A stretch of DNA of 64,000 bases, from contig CAVTHV010000037.1 of the NCBI GenBank assembly GCA_963734595.1, positions 320,214-384,213 on the forward strand, given 5' to 3'. Under the pieces are notes generated by a model. That model saw only the letters and a list, made by a program, of their open reading frames with translations, was not told the origin of the DNA and made no database searches. The stretch comes from an uncultured beta proteobacterium (lineage in GTDB: Bacteria; Pseudomonadota; Gammaproteobacteria; Burkholderiales; SG8-41). The position numbers and the translations under genes were made by a program. Of this stretch, positions 33,277 through 45,100 are shown one piece after another (position 1 is the first letter of the stretch; each line of letters begins with the position of its first letter).

Positions 33277-34164
33277 ATGGAACTCCGCCATCTTCGCTAT
33301 TTTCTGGCCGTGGCCGACAGCCTGAGTTTCACGCGGGCCGCAGCGGAAATGCATCTGACCCAGCCGACGCTGTCGCACCAGATCAAGCAGCTCGAGCAGG
33401 ATGTGGGCACGGCGCTGTTCGACCGCGTCGGACGCAAAGTCCGGCTGACGGCGCCGGGCGCGATATTCAGGCAGCACGCCGAGCGGGCGCTGAAAGAGAT
33501 CAATTCCGCGACGGCCGCCCTCGCGGAACTCGAAGGACTGATGCACGGCGCGCTGACGATCGGCGTCTTCCAGTCGTTCAACAGCTCCCTGCTGCCGCCG
33601 ATCCTCACCGAGTATTCCGCCGCCTATCCCGCAGTCAATGTGACGGTCCGCCAGCTGCCGACGGGGGAAATGGAAGAACGCCTGGCCAAAGGCGAGCTCG
33701 ATCTCGGCATCGCCTACGCGCCGCCCAATTCAGACCGGATCACGGCCGAAAAACTGTTCGACGAACCGCTGATGCTCGTGGTTGGAAACCAGCATCCGTA
33801 TGCGCGGCGCCGGGAAATCCACATGAAGGAACTGCACGACCAACCGCTGATCATGCTCACCCCGGAGTTCCCGTCCCGCAAGTTGCTCGCGGATTGTTTT
33901 GCCTCGGTCGGCTACCGGCCGCAAATCAGGATCGAGATCAATTCCACCGACGCGATCCTGGCAACGGTACGATGCAGCCGGCTGGCGACGATCCAGACCG
34001 AGCGCATGGCTTCCGTGATCCCCGGGCTGCATTGCATCCGCCTCAAGCCGAAACTGACGCGCACGGCCGCGATCCTCTGGCGCCGCGAAGGCTATCGTTC
34101 GGCAGCGGCCCGCGCGGCCGCGGACATGATCAAGAAAGCCTACAGCCGGAGCCGGGCGCGTTAG
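33277..34164 (+). CDS. LysR family transcriptional regulator
   Basis: MELRHLRYFLAVADSLSFTRAAAEMHLTQPTLSHQIKQLE winged-HTH plus a LysR substrate-binding domain. Intact 295 aa. Confidence 0.9.
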   Translation: MELRHLRYFLAVADSLSFTRAAAEMHLTQPTLSHQIKQLEQDVGTALFDRVGRKVRLTAPGAIFRQHAERALKEINSATAALAELEGLMHGALTIGVFQSFNSSLLPPILTEYSAAYPAVNVTVRQLPTGEMEERLAKGELDLGIAYAPPNSDRITAEKLFDEPLMLVVGNQHPYARRREIHMKELHDQPLIMLTPEFPSRKLLADCFASVGYRPQIRIEINSTDAILATVRCSRLATIQTERMASVIPGLHCIRLKPKLTRTAAILWRREGYRSAAARAAADMIKKAYSRSRAR

Positions 34165-34189
34165 CGCGGCGGCCGGCGATTCGATGACG

Positions 34190-35274
34190 CTATAGTCCGA
34201 GCAGCCGCGCGGCGTTGTGCCCCAGGATCCGATCGCGGTCCTGCTCGCTTAACGCGGCCAGCTGCTCGACGACTTCCACCGGCCGCTCGTAACCCATGTC
34301 GAAGCAGTAGTCGCTGCCGAGCACGACGCGGTCCGCCCCGACCATGCGCACCAGATTCAGCATGATCTCATCGTTGTGGCCGATGGTGTCGTAGCTGAAG
34401 CGCCTCAGGTAGCTGCTCGGCAGCTGTTTCATGTGTTTCAGCTCCGGCCGGACCCGCGTTCCGTGATCGAGGCGCCCGATGAGCGCGGGGAAAGTGCCGC
34501 CTGCGTGCGGCAGCATCACCTCGAGCTTCGGAAAGGCGTCGAGCACGCCGCCGAACACCAGCGACGACGCCGCCACGCCGGTCTCGTAAGGATTGCCGAG
34601 GAAATTGATCAGGTAGAACCGGCTCAGGCGTTCCGGCGCCAGCGGGTTCATCGGATGCAAAAAGATCGGCCAGCCCAGCTCCTCGCATTTGGCATAGACC
34701 GGAAAATACGCTTTCTCGTCGAGATTGTTGCCGTTGATGTGCGTTGCGAGATAGAGCCCCCTCAGACCGGGCAGCTTCGCCGCGCGCTCGAGCTCGCGCA
34801 ACGCGAGATCCGGCGCCTGCATCGGCAACGTCGCCATGCCGACGAAGCGGTCGGGATACCGGCGATGCGCGGCGGACGCGGCGTCGTTGTAGATCCCGGC
34901 GAGCTTCAGGCCGAACGCCGGCGGCGCCCAGTACACCATCGGCGTGGTCAGCGACAACGCATGCACGTCCACTCCCGCCCGGTCCATCGCCGCAAGCCGC
35001 GCGTCCGAGGTCCACGAAATCGGTGGTGAACGACATGCGCGAACCCGCGAAGGAAAACGTGACGTTCCCGTCACGGCGCGCAATCTGCGCGCCGTGCGCG
35101 GCGCCTTCCTTTTCGATCGCGCTGATCCACTCCTCGGGATACCAGTGCGCGTGCGTGTCGACGACTTTGCCGGCAAAGCGGCGCGCGACATGGCCGCCGC
35201 CGGCATCCGCCACTGCGGGAGCAGCACGACAACGCCGGCCAGCCCTTCATGATCGAACTACAGCCAAATTTCAT
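34190..35274 (-). pseudogene. amidohydrolase 2 family protein (ACMSD / decarboxylase-hydrolase-like), frameshift near 35015 and probably another near 35225
   Basis: GKVVDTHAHWYPEEW (HxH metal site) lies in the 34368..35213 frame. The remainder, DARLAAMDRAGVDVHALSLTTP...LHPMNP...MLPHAGGTFP...VLGSDYCFDMG, lies in the 34190..35227 frame. An ATG at 35274 with an AAGGAGG RBS sits in a third frame. Confidence 0.7.
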
Positions 35275-35332
35275 TTTTCCCTCCTTACCCGATAACCCCG
35301 TCATGCGCCGCTTCCATCGCCGGCCGCCGGTT

Positions 35333-36991
<1,659 letters not shown>

Positions 36992-37180
36992 GAGTGTCTG
37001 CGAATGTGAAAACGCGCAATCATAGCGGAATGCGCGGGATCGCGCAGGAACATGCTGCGGGCGGCAGCAGCGTGGCTGGACGTCGCAGCGAATAGGAATT
37101 AGCTTTATAAATCAACGGGCTATGGTGATTTGGCCCAAGTGTCCCCTGTGCTTCGCCGGATTCCCCGCAAAGGGCCGCGT

Positions 37181-38215
37181 TCAGCCCATCATCAAGGCCG
37201 CGCGGCCGGTGATGACGCCCTGATCGAGGCGCTGGTGGACCACTTCGGCCTGCGCGAAAGGCACTTTCTCCGTCACCAGCGGCCATACTTCGCCGCGCGC
37301 CACCAGGTCGAGCGACTCGATCACTTCCTGGCGCGTCGCATAACGGCTGCCGATGAGCTCGAGCTCCTTGCGCAGCATCGCGCCGGCGGCCATTTTGAAC
37401 GGCTCGCCATGTCCGCCGAGCACCACGAGCCGCCCGCCCTTGCCGAGCGCGCCGGCCGCTGCTTCGAGCGTGCCGGCGTTGCACACGAAATCGATCGCCA
37501 CGTCGATGCCGCGGCCGTGGGTCAGTTCGAGCAGCTGCTCGGCGACCCGGCCTTGCGATGCATCCACCGTCGCATCGGCTCCCGACTTGAGGCAACTCTC
37601 GAATTTCGAGGCCATGACATCCACCGCGATGACCTGCCGCGCCCGCGCCCAGCGCGCGAGCATCAGCATGTGCATGCCGAGCCCCCCGCCCGCGCCGAAC
37701 ACGGCAACGGTGTCGAAAGGCGTCACGCGCGCGCGGCGGATCACCTTGACGGGCGTGGCGATCGCATCGCAGATCACGCCGATCTCGGCGGGGCTCCCGC
37801 GCCAGTCGAGACCGGACGGAAGTTTCATGAAATTCTGCGCCGGCAGCTTGATGTACTCGGCGTAACCGCCGTCGATCTCGCGCCCGACGTAGCCGCCGAA
37901 GTTGTCGCACAGCGTCTCGCGGTTGATGCGGCACCAGTAGCACTGGCCGCAGGTGAGATAAAAATAAGCGGTGACCGGATCGCCGGTCTTGAGCCCGGTG
38001 ACGCCCGCGCCGAGCGCGACGATCTCGCCGGTGATCTCGTGCCCGATGATGCGCGGATACTGGAGCGGCAGGCGCCCGGCGCGCGCGTGATGCACGGTAA
38101 GCCCCGCGCCGCAGGCGAGCACTTTCGCAACGGCTTCGCCGGGACCGGGAACGGGATCGGGAACGGTTTCAAGAGTCAGCGGCGTATTCGCGCCCTTGAG
38201 CAGCATGGCTTTCAT
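37181..38215 (-). CDS. zinc-dependent alcohol dehydrogenase family protein
   Basis: MKAMLLKGANTPL..., GHEITGEIVALG, structural zinc cluster CGQCYWCRINRETLC, GAGGGLG Rossmann motif. I chose ATG 38215 inside the longer track ORF. Confidence 0.85.
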   Translation of the reverse strand: MKAMLLKGANTPLTLETVPDPVPGPGEAVAKVLACGAGLTVHHARAGRLPLQYPRIIGHEITGEIVALGAGVTGLKTGDPVTAYFYLTCGQCYWCRINRETLCDNFGGYVGREIDGGYAEYIKLPAQNFMKLPSGLDWRGSPAEIGVICDAIATPVKVIRRARVTPFDTVAVFGAGGGLGMHMLMLARWARARQVIAVDVMASKFESCLKSGADATVDASQGRVAEQLLELTHGRGIDVAIDFVCNAGTLEAAAGALGKGGRLVVLGGHGEPFKMAAGAMLRKELELIGSRYATRQEVIESLDLVARGEVWPLVTEKVPFAQAEVVHQRLDQGVITGRAALMMG

Positions 38216-38351
38216 TAAAATTCCTTTGTCATGTTGCAGATCTCCCATCGGGGGCCGCGCCTTCTGCCGTCCTGCCCGGCCGGCTTGCAGCGCGCGAGGT
38301 AGGGGTAGAATACCGTTTTTCAGCGGTGCCGAACACGGAAAAAGACCGTTC

Positions 38352-39368
38352 ATGACACTGGTTTCCAGCCGGGCCACACGCCACGAAATAGCAGCCTGGA
38401 TACTCACGGGCATTGCGCTGTTGCTGGTGCTCAAGCTGCATCTTCTGCCGGCGTTGTTCGCCGGACTGCTGGTCTACGAACTGGTGCATCTCATCACACC
38501 GCGCCTGCAGCGCCGGCTCCCCGGCCAGCAGGCAAAAATAAGCGCCGTGGCGATATTGTCCAGCCTGGTGGTCGGGGTGATGACCGTCATCATCATCGGC
38601 ATCGCCGATTTTTCCCAGAGCGACTCGGGCAACCTGCCCGCGCTCCTCCAAAAAATGGCGGAAATCATAGAGAAAGCACGCACTTCGCTCCCGCAGCAGG
38701 TGGTGGAAATCCTGCCGGCCGATACCGAGGAACTCAAGGATGTGCTGGTGCTATGGTTGCGCGAAAACGCCGCCGAAGTACAGAGTTTCGGCCTGGATGC
38801 GGCAATCATGTTCGGGCAAATCCTGGTCGGCATGGTGATCGGCGCAATGGTCGCCTTGCGCGAGGCGCGGCAGGCGATCAACCACGGCCCGCTTGCGCGC
38901 GCGCTCGCCGAGCGCGCCGTGCGCCTGGGTTCCGCATTCCGCCATATCGCGTTTGCCCAAGTCAGCATTTCCGCCATCAATACCGTGTTTACCGCGGTCT
39001 ATCTTGCCGCGGTACTGCCGCTCGCGGGCGTCCGCCTGCCGTTTACCGAGATACTGATCGGGATCACCTTTGTCGCCGGACTGCTGCCGGTGATCGGCAA
39101 CCTGATTTCGAACAGCATGATTGTCATCGTGAGCTTTTCACACTCGCCGCAGATCGCCGTCGCCTCGCTGGCATTCCTGGCGGCAGTCCATCAAGTCGAG
39201 TATTTCCTCAATGCGCGCATCATCGGTTCCCGTATCGCAGCACGCTCCTGGGAACTGCTGCTGTCGATGCTGGTAATGGAAGCGGCATTCGGGTTGGCCG
39301 GCATGATCGCGGCGCCGGTTTATTACGCGTGCCTCAAGGACGAACTGGCAAGCCGCCATCTGATCTGA
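38352..39368 (+). CDS. AI-2E family transporter (PerM-like permease)
   Basis: Polytopic membrane protein with the family-typical C-terminal half (FVAGLLPVIGNLISNSMIVIVS...LLSMLVMEAAFGLAGMIAAPVYYA). I chose ATG 38352 (MTLVSS...). Confidence 0.75.
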   Translation: MTLVSSRATRHEIAAWILTGIALLLVLKLHLLPALFAGLLVYELVHLITPRLQRRLPGQQAKISAVAILSSLVVGVMTVIIIGIADFSQSDSGNLPALLQKMAEIIEKARTSLPQQVVEILPADTEELKDVLVLWLRENAAEVQSFGLDAAIMFGQILVGMVIGAMVALREARQAINHGPLARALAERAVRLGSAFRHIAFAQVSISAINTVFTAVYLAAVLPLAGVRLPFTEILIGITFVAGLLPVIGNLISNSMIVIVSFSHSPQIAVASLAFLAAVHQVEYFLNARIIGSRIAARSWELLLSMLVMEAAFGLAGMIAAPVYYACLKDELASRHLI

Positions 39369-39385
39369 AAATGGCCGGCCTGCGG

Positions 39386-39787
39386 TCAGGCGCCGGGACT
39401 GAGCCCGGTTTCGCGCATGAACTCGGCGAGCATCGCGTCCATCGTCGCCGCATGGTGCGGAAACCATTCGGCGAGCGCCGCAGTCAGTGTGCGCGCGTAA
39501 TGCGCTTCTCCCGCCGCCACGCGCCGGCGCACTTCATGCATCACTTCCAGCACATTGTCGTGTTCTTCCTTGTGGCAGCCGAGTGGCGGGAACGCCGCCC
39601 GTTCCATCCACGCCTCTTCCTGCCCGAAGTGCTCTTCGGCATGGACGATGAATTCGTCGAGCCGCATCAGCGACTCGGCGTCGGCGGCGGCGTCCAGCCG
39701 GTTGAGGAAACCGACGAAATCGCGGTGCGTCTCGTCCATGACCGGCTGTCCCAGCTCGAGTGCGGCAGACCATTCAAGCAAAGGCAC
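39386..39787 (-). CDS. bacteriohemerythrin
   Basis: MPLLEWSAALELGQPVMDETHRDFV...HAEEHFGQEE...HKEEHDNVL...WFPHHAATMD shows the canonical hemerythrin His/Glu iron-ligand spacing. Confidence 0.85.
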   Translation of the reverse strand: MPLLEWSAALELGQPVMDETHRDFVGFLNRLDAAADAESLMRLDEFIVHAEEHFGQEEAWMERAAFPPLGCHKEEHDNVLEVMHEVRRRVAAGEAHYARTLTAALAEWFPHHAATMDAMLAEFMRETGLSPGA

Positions 39788-39845
39788 GAGGAATTCCCCT
39801 GTCGGTCGAAACCGGCCGTTTATTCCGGCGGATGCCGAAAAATGT

Positions 39846-39859
39846 TTGATCCATCACAA
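39846..39859. promoter_or_regulatory. FNR-like box TTGATCCATCACAA with -10 TAAAAT at 39881-39886, between hemerythrin and the COG2403/arcC operon
   Basis: The left half-site is perfect and the right half-site has 2 mismatches. The centre at 39852.5 predicts a plus-strand -10 at 39882-39887, and TAAAAT is found 1 nt off. On the minus strand an AATAAA-like hexamer lies at 39818-39824. Confidence 0.45.
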
Positions 39860-39924
39860 AACCCTACGCGTTGCTCCGGCTAAAATCATATACGATAACA
39901 GCGTCACTTCGTAACGGATTACCG

Positions 39925-41274
39925 ATGGTCGCAAAGAACCGTGCCGTGCGCGTCGTCATCCTCGGCGCCGCCGGCCGCGATTTTCACAACTTCAACGTCG
40001 TCTACCGCGATGATCCGGCGGTGGAAGTGGTGGCCTTTACCGCGGCGCAGATTCCGGGCATCGCCAACCGCCGCTATCCGGCCGCGCTTGCCGGCAAGCG
40101 CTACCCGCAGGGGATTCCGATCGTGGCGGAGGCGGATCTCGAAACGCTTTGCCACGACAAGGACGTGGAGCTGGTGGTGTTCGCCTACAGCGACGTGCCG
40201 CACACGCACGTGATGCATCTCGCCTCGCGCGCGCTCGCGGCCGGCGCGGATTTCACCCTGCTCGGTCCCGATCGCACCATGCTCAAAGCGGCAGTGCCCG
40301 TCATCGCGGTGTCTGCCGTGCGCACCGGCTGCGGCAAGTCGCAGACCGTGCGCTATCTTTCGCGCAAGCTGCGCAACATGCGGCTGCGCGCGGCGGTGAT
40401 CCGGCATCCGATGCCTTACGGCGATCTCGAGCAGCAGCGCGTCCAGCGGTTTGCCAAGCGTTCCGATCTCGACGCCGCCCATTGCACCATCGAGGAGCGC
40501 GAGGAGTACGAACCGCACCTCGCCGCCGGCAACGTGGTGTTCGCCGGCGTGGATTACGCGGACATCGTCGCCCAGGCCGCGCGCGAGGCCGATCTCATTC
40601 TGTGGGACGGCGGCAACAACGATTTCCCGCTGGTCCGCCCCGACCTGCACATCGTGCTGGTCGACCCGCTGCGTCCGGAGCACGTGACCACGCATCATCC
40701 GGGAGAGGCGGTGCTGCGGATGGCCGACATCGTCGTGATCGCGAAAGCCGATGCCGCGGCGCCCGCCGACGTCGTGCGCGTCGCGGAAGAGGCGCGCGCC
40801 GTCAATCCGCGCGCGGTGATCGTGCGCGCGGCGTCCCCGGTCACGCTCGATCACGCCGCCGCCGTGCGCGGCAAGCGCGTGCTCGCGGTCGAAGACGGGC
40901 CGACCATCACCCACGGCGGCATGCCGTACGGCGCGGCGCTGGTCGCCGCCGAGCAGGCGCATGCCGCGCGCATCGTGGACCCGCGCCCCTACGCCGCCCC
41001 CGGCATCGCCGAAGTCTACTCGCGCTATCCCCACATCGGCCCGGTGCTGCCGGCGATGGGCTACTCGCCCGAGCAGCTCGAAGCGCTGCGCCGGACGATC
41101 GACGCGGCCGAGGCTGACGTGGTGGTCGCTGGAACGCCGATCGATCTCGCGGCGCTGATCCACGTCAACAAACCGGTGTTTCGTGCGCGCTATGAGTTCG
41201 CCGAGCTTGAGACGCCGGGGCTGTGGACCGCGGTCGAGCGGCTGCTGGGAACGCTGCGCGGGCCCAGGACATGA
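39925..41274 (+). CDS. cyclic 2,3-diphosphoglycerate synthetase-like GTPase-fold protein (COG2403)
   Basis: VVILGAAGRDFHNFNVVYRDDP..VEVVAFTAAQIPG...VFAYSDVPHTHVMHLASRALAAGADF...VRTGCGKSQT...IRHPMPYGDL...CTIEEREEYEPH...LWDGGNNDFP matches the archaeal CPGS family pattern. Start chosen at ATG 39925. Confidence 0.8.
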   Translation: MVAKNRAVRVVILGAAGRDFHNFNVVYRDDPAVEVVAFTAAQIPGIANRRYPAALAGKRYPQGIPIVAEADLETLCHDKDVELVVFAYSDVPHTHVMHLASRALAAGADFTLLGPDRTMLKAAVPVIAVSAVRTGCGKSQTVRYLSRKLRNMRLRAAVIRHPMPYGDLEQQRVQRFAKRSDLDAAHCTIEEREEYEPHLAAGNVVFAGVDYADIVAQAAREADLILWDGGNNDFPLVRPDLHIVLVDPLRPEHVTTHHPGEAVLRMADIVVIAKADAAAPADVVRVAEEARAVNPRAVIVRAASPVTLDHAAAVRGKRVLAVEDGPTITHGGMPYGAALVAAEQAHAARIVDPRPYAAPGIAEVYSRYPHIGPVLPAMGYSPEQLEALRRTIDAAEADVVVAGTPIDLAALIHVNKPVFRARYEFAELETPGLWTAVERLLGTLRGPRT

Positions 41275-42179
41275 AAGTCGTCGTCGCTCTTGGCGGCAAT
41301 GCGCTGCTGAAGCGCGGCGAGCCGCTCGAGGCCGAGGTGCAGCGGCGGAACGTCGCGCGCGCCGCCACGTCAATCGCGTCGATCGCGCACACTCACAAGG
41401 TCGTCGTCACCCACGGCAACGGCCCGCAGGTGGGACTGCTCGCGTTGCAGGCGGCGTCCTATTCGCAGGTGTCGCCGTACCCGCTCGACATGCTGGGCGC
41501 CGAGACCGAAGGCATGATCGGCTACATGATCGAGCGGGAGCTCAGAAGCCTTTTGCCCCAGCATCAGATCGTGACGCTGCTCACCCAGATCGAAGTGAAC
41601 ATGAACGACCCGGCGTTCAAGCATCCCACCAAACCGATCGGCCCGTTGTTCGACCGCGCGCAGGCGCAGCGTCTCGAAAAAGAGCGCGGCTGGACCATGG
41701 CGGCGGATGGGCCGGGATGGCGGCGCGTGGTGTCATCCCCCGAGCCGATCCGCATTCTGGAACTCAATACCATCCGCCTGCTCGTCGCCGCCGGAGCGCT
41801 GGTGGTGTGTGCGGGAGGCGGCGGCATCCCGGTAACGGTCACTGCCGCCGGCGCCGTGCATGGCGTAGAGGCGGTGATCGACAAGGATCTCGCGGCGGCG
41901 CTGCTCGCGCATCAACTCGGTGCCGATGTACTGCTGCTGCTCACCGATGTGGATGCGGTGTACCTGGGATGGGGCACGGACAAGCAGCGCGCGCTGCGCG
42001 AGGTCTCGCCCGAGGAATTGCGAAAGCACGCTTTCGCGCCGGGGTCGATGAAGCCCAAGGTCGACGCCGTCTGCCGCTTCGTGGAATCGGGCGGCGGCTT
42101 CGCCGGCATCGGCCGGCTGGAAGATGCCGTGTCGATCCTCCTCGGCCATGCGGGACGATCGTGCGCGCGCCGGCGATGA
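41271..42179 (+). CDS. arcC: carbamate kinase
   Basis: MKVVVALGGNALLKRGE...VVTHGNGPQVGLLALQ...GAETEGMIGY...VCAGGGGIP...VIDKDLAAALLA...LLLLTDVDAVY. The ATG overlaps the upstream stop (ATGA 41271-41274). The last ~10 codons may be affected by an indel, because the alternative frame reads AGTIV, which is more typical of the family. Confidence 0.85.
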   Translation: MKVVVALGGNALLKRGEPLEAEVQRRNVARAATSIASIAHTHKVVVTHGNGPQVGLLALQAASYSQVSPYPLDMLGAETEGMIGYMIERELRSLLPQHQIVTLLTQIEVNMNDPAFKHPTKPIGPLFDRAQAQRLEKERGWTMAADGPGWRRVVSSPEPIRILELNTIRLLVAAGALVVCAGGGGIPVTVTAAGAVHGVEAVIDKDLAAALLAHQLGADVLLLLTDVDAVYLGWGTDKQRALREVSPEELRKHAFAPGSMKPKVDAVCRFVESGGGFAGIGRLEDAVSILLGHAGRSCARRR

Positions 42180-45100
42180 CGCTCGATTTCGTCCGCCGCG
42201 CCGGCCTGCCGCCGCGCTAGCCATTTTCGCGACCCGACCAGAGCCCAAGACCCAGGGCGGCGCCATCGTCATCCGCGGCGCGCGCCAGAACAATCTCAAG
42301 AACCTGACGCTGGAACTGCCGCACAACGCACTCACCGTGGTGACGGGCGTGTCCGGCAGCGGCAAGTCGTCGCTGGTGTTCGACACGCTCTACGCGGAGG
42401 GCCAGCGCCGCTACGTCGAGACCTTCTCGCCGTACGCGCGCCAGTTCCTCGACCGCCAGGACCGGCCGCAGGTGGACAGCATCGACGGCATCCCGCCGGC
42501 GATCGCCATCGACCAGACCAATCCGGTGCGCACCTCACGTTCGACGGTCGGCACCATGACCGAGCTCAACGATCACCTGAAGCTGTTGTATGCGCGCGCG
42601 ACGCAACTGTATTGCCGCAGTTGTGGTGCGCCGGTGCGGCGCGACACGCCGCAAAGCATCGTGGACGACGTGGTGCGGCGCGCGCGCGACGCCGGCGATC
42701 CGCGCCTCGTCATCGCTTTCCCCGTCGAGGTCCCGAAAAATTTCGGCCTCGCGGAAATCAAGCAACTGCTCGCAGCACAGGGCTACACGCGCTTTCACAG
42801 CGAATCGCCGCAGCGCTGCGAAGTCATCCAGGACCGGTTGCGCGCCGGCAGCGCCGAACGCGCGCGCCTGTCGGAAGCCGTGGAAGCGGCGCTCAAGGTC
42901 GGACAAGGACGCATCAACGTGTATCCGCAAGCCGAAGGCGCGGAACCTCATCCCTCATCCCTCATCCCTCATCCCTCGCCGTGGAAATACTCCACGGCGC
43001 TGCACTGCGCCGACTGCGACATCCATTACCAGGACCCGCTGCCCAGCCTGTTCTCCTTCAACTCGCCGATGGGCGCGTGCGACACCTGCCGCGGCTTCGG
43101 CCGCGTGATCGGCGTCGATTTCGGGCTGGTGGTGCCCGATGCGTCTCTGACGCTGCGCGGCGGCGCGGTGCGGCCGTGGCAGACGCCGAGCTTCAGGGAG
43201 TGCCAGGACGACCTGGTGAAATACGCGAAGAAGCGCGGCATGCCGCTGGACACGCCTTGGCGCGAGCTGAGCGAGGCGCAGCGGCGCTGGGTGCTGGAAG
43301 GCGAACCCGAGTGGGTGAACTGGAAGCAGTCCTGGCCCGGCATCTGGTACGGCGTGCGGCGCTTTTTCAAGTGGCTGGAGACCAAGGCCTACAAGATGCA
43401 CATCCGCGTGCTGCTGTCGAAGTACCGCGCCTATACCGCGTGCACCGACTGCAACGGCGCGCGGCTCAAACCCGCCGCACTGCTGTGGCGGCTGGGGACG
43501 CTGGACAATGCGCGTAATGCGCTGGGGTCGCGCCCGCGCTTCCGGCCGCAGGGCGTGACGGTTTCCGATGCGGTGCTGGCGCAACTGCCGGGACTCAATC
43601 TGCACGAGCTGATGCTGCTGCCGCTCACCGACGTGCGGCGTTTGTTCGACGAGCTGCAACTGCCGCGACCGCTCGACGAAGCGACCGAACTGCTGGTGGG
43701 CGAAATCCGCACCCGGCTCGCCTATCTCGACCAGGTCGGCCTCGGTTATCTCAACCTCGACCGCCAGTCGCGCACGCTCTCCGGCGGCGAAGTGCAGCGC
43801 ATCAACCTCACCACCGCGCTCGGCACGTCGCTGGTCAACACGCTGTTCGTGCTCGACGAGCCGTCGATCGGGCTGCATCCGCGCGACATGGGACGCGTGA
43901 TCGAAGTGATGCAGCGGCTGCGCGACGCCGGCAACACGCTGGTGGTGGTGGAACACGATCCGCAGATCATGCTCGCCGCCGACCGCATCCTCGACATGGG
44001 ACCGGGGCCGGGCGAACATGGCGGCGAAGTCGTGTTTTTCGGCTCGCCAAAATCAATAATAAAAACAAGGGGTTCCATCACTGGCCGCTACCTGGGCGGG
44101 GAACTGCATGCGGATCGCGGCGTCGCGCCCGTCACGCCCGCGAAGAACGCGCCGTGCCTGCATCTGTCCGGCGCAACGGAACACAATCTCAAGAACATCA
44201 GCGTGCGTTTTCCGCTGCGCCACATGATCTGCGTCACCGGCGTATCGGGCTCGGGCAAATCGACGCTGGTGCAGGACGTGCTGCACGCAGCGCTGTTGCA
44301 GGCCAAAGGCAAACCCACCGAGACGCCGGGCCGCCATCGCGCGCTCGCCGGGCACGAGCACATCACCGACGTGGTGCTGGTCGACCAGACGCCGATCGGG
44401 CGCACCACGCGTTCCAATCCCGCGAGCTACGTCGGCGCTTACGACGCGATCCGCAACCTGTATGCACGCACGCCGCTCGCGCGCGAGCGCGGCTACACCA
44501 CCGGCACCTTCAGCTTCAATTCCGGCAACGGCCGCTGTCCGGCCTGCGGCGGCAACGGCTTCGAGCATGTCGAGATGCAGTTCCTGTCCGACGTCTACCT
44601 GCGCTGCCCCGATTGCGACGGCCGGCGCTACCGCGCGGAAATTCTCGAAGTCACGCTGCGCGGAAAATCCATCGCCGACGTGCTCGACCTCACGGTGTCC
44701 GAAGCCTGCCGCTTCTTCGCCGATGAACCGGGTGTGCTCGCCACACTCGCCCCGCTGTCCGACGTCGGTCTCGATTACCTGAAGCTCGGCCAGCCGGTGC
44801 CCACGCTGTCGGGCGGAGAAGCGCAGCGTCTGAAACTTGGCGGGTCATTTGGCAGAACATGCTGCGACCCAGCGTCCGCGCAAGGGCAATGCGGCATCCG
44901 CCGCGCACACGCTGTTCCTGTTCGACGAGCCCACCACCGGCCTGCATTTCGAAGACGTGGCGCGGCTGCTGCAGGCCTTCCGCCGCCTGATCGCCGCCGG
45001 CCATTCGCTGGTGATCATCGAACACAACCTCGACGTGATCCGCGCCAGCGACTGGATCATCGACCTCGGGCCCGAAGGCGGCGACGCCGGCGGCGAGATC

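Noticed and set aside
42124-42179. ATG 42124 or 42148 as the uvrA-like start, as implied by the ORF track
   Set aside because: Both lie well inside arcC (32-56 nt of overlap) and add an Arg/Asp-rich non-conserved leader. I consider the ATGA-coupled ATG at 42176 plus an early indel more likely, but I cannot prove it from this sequence.
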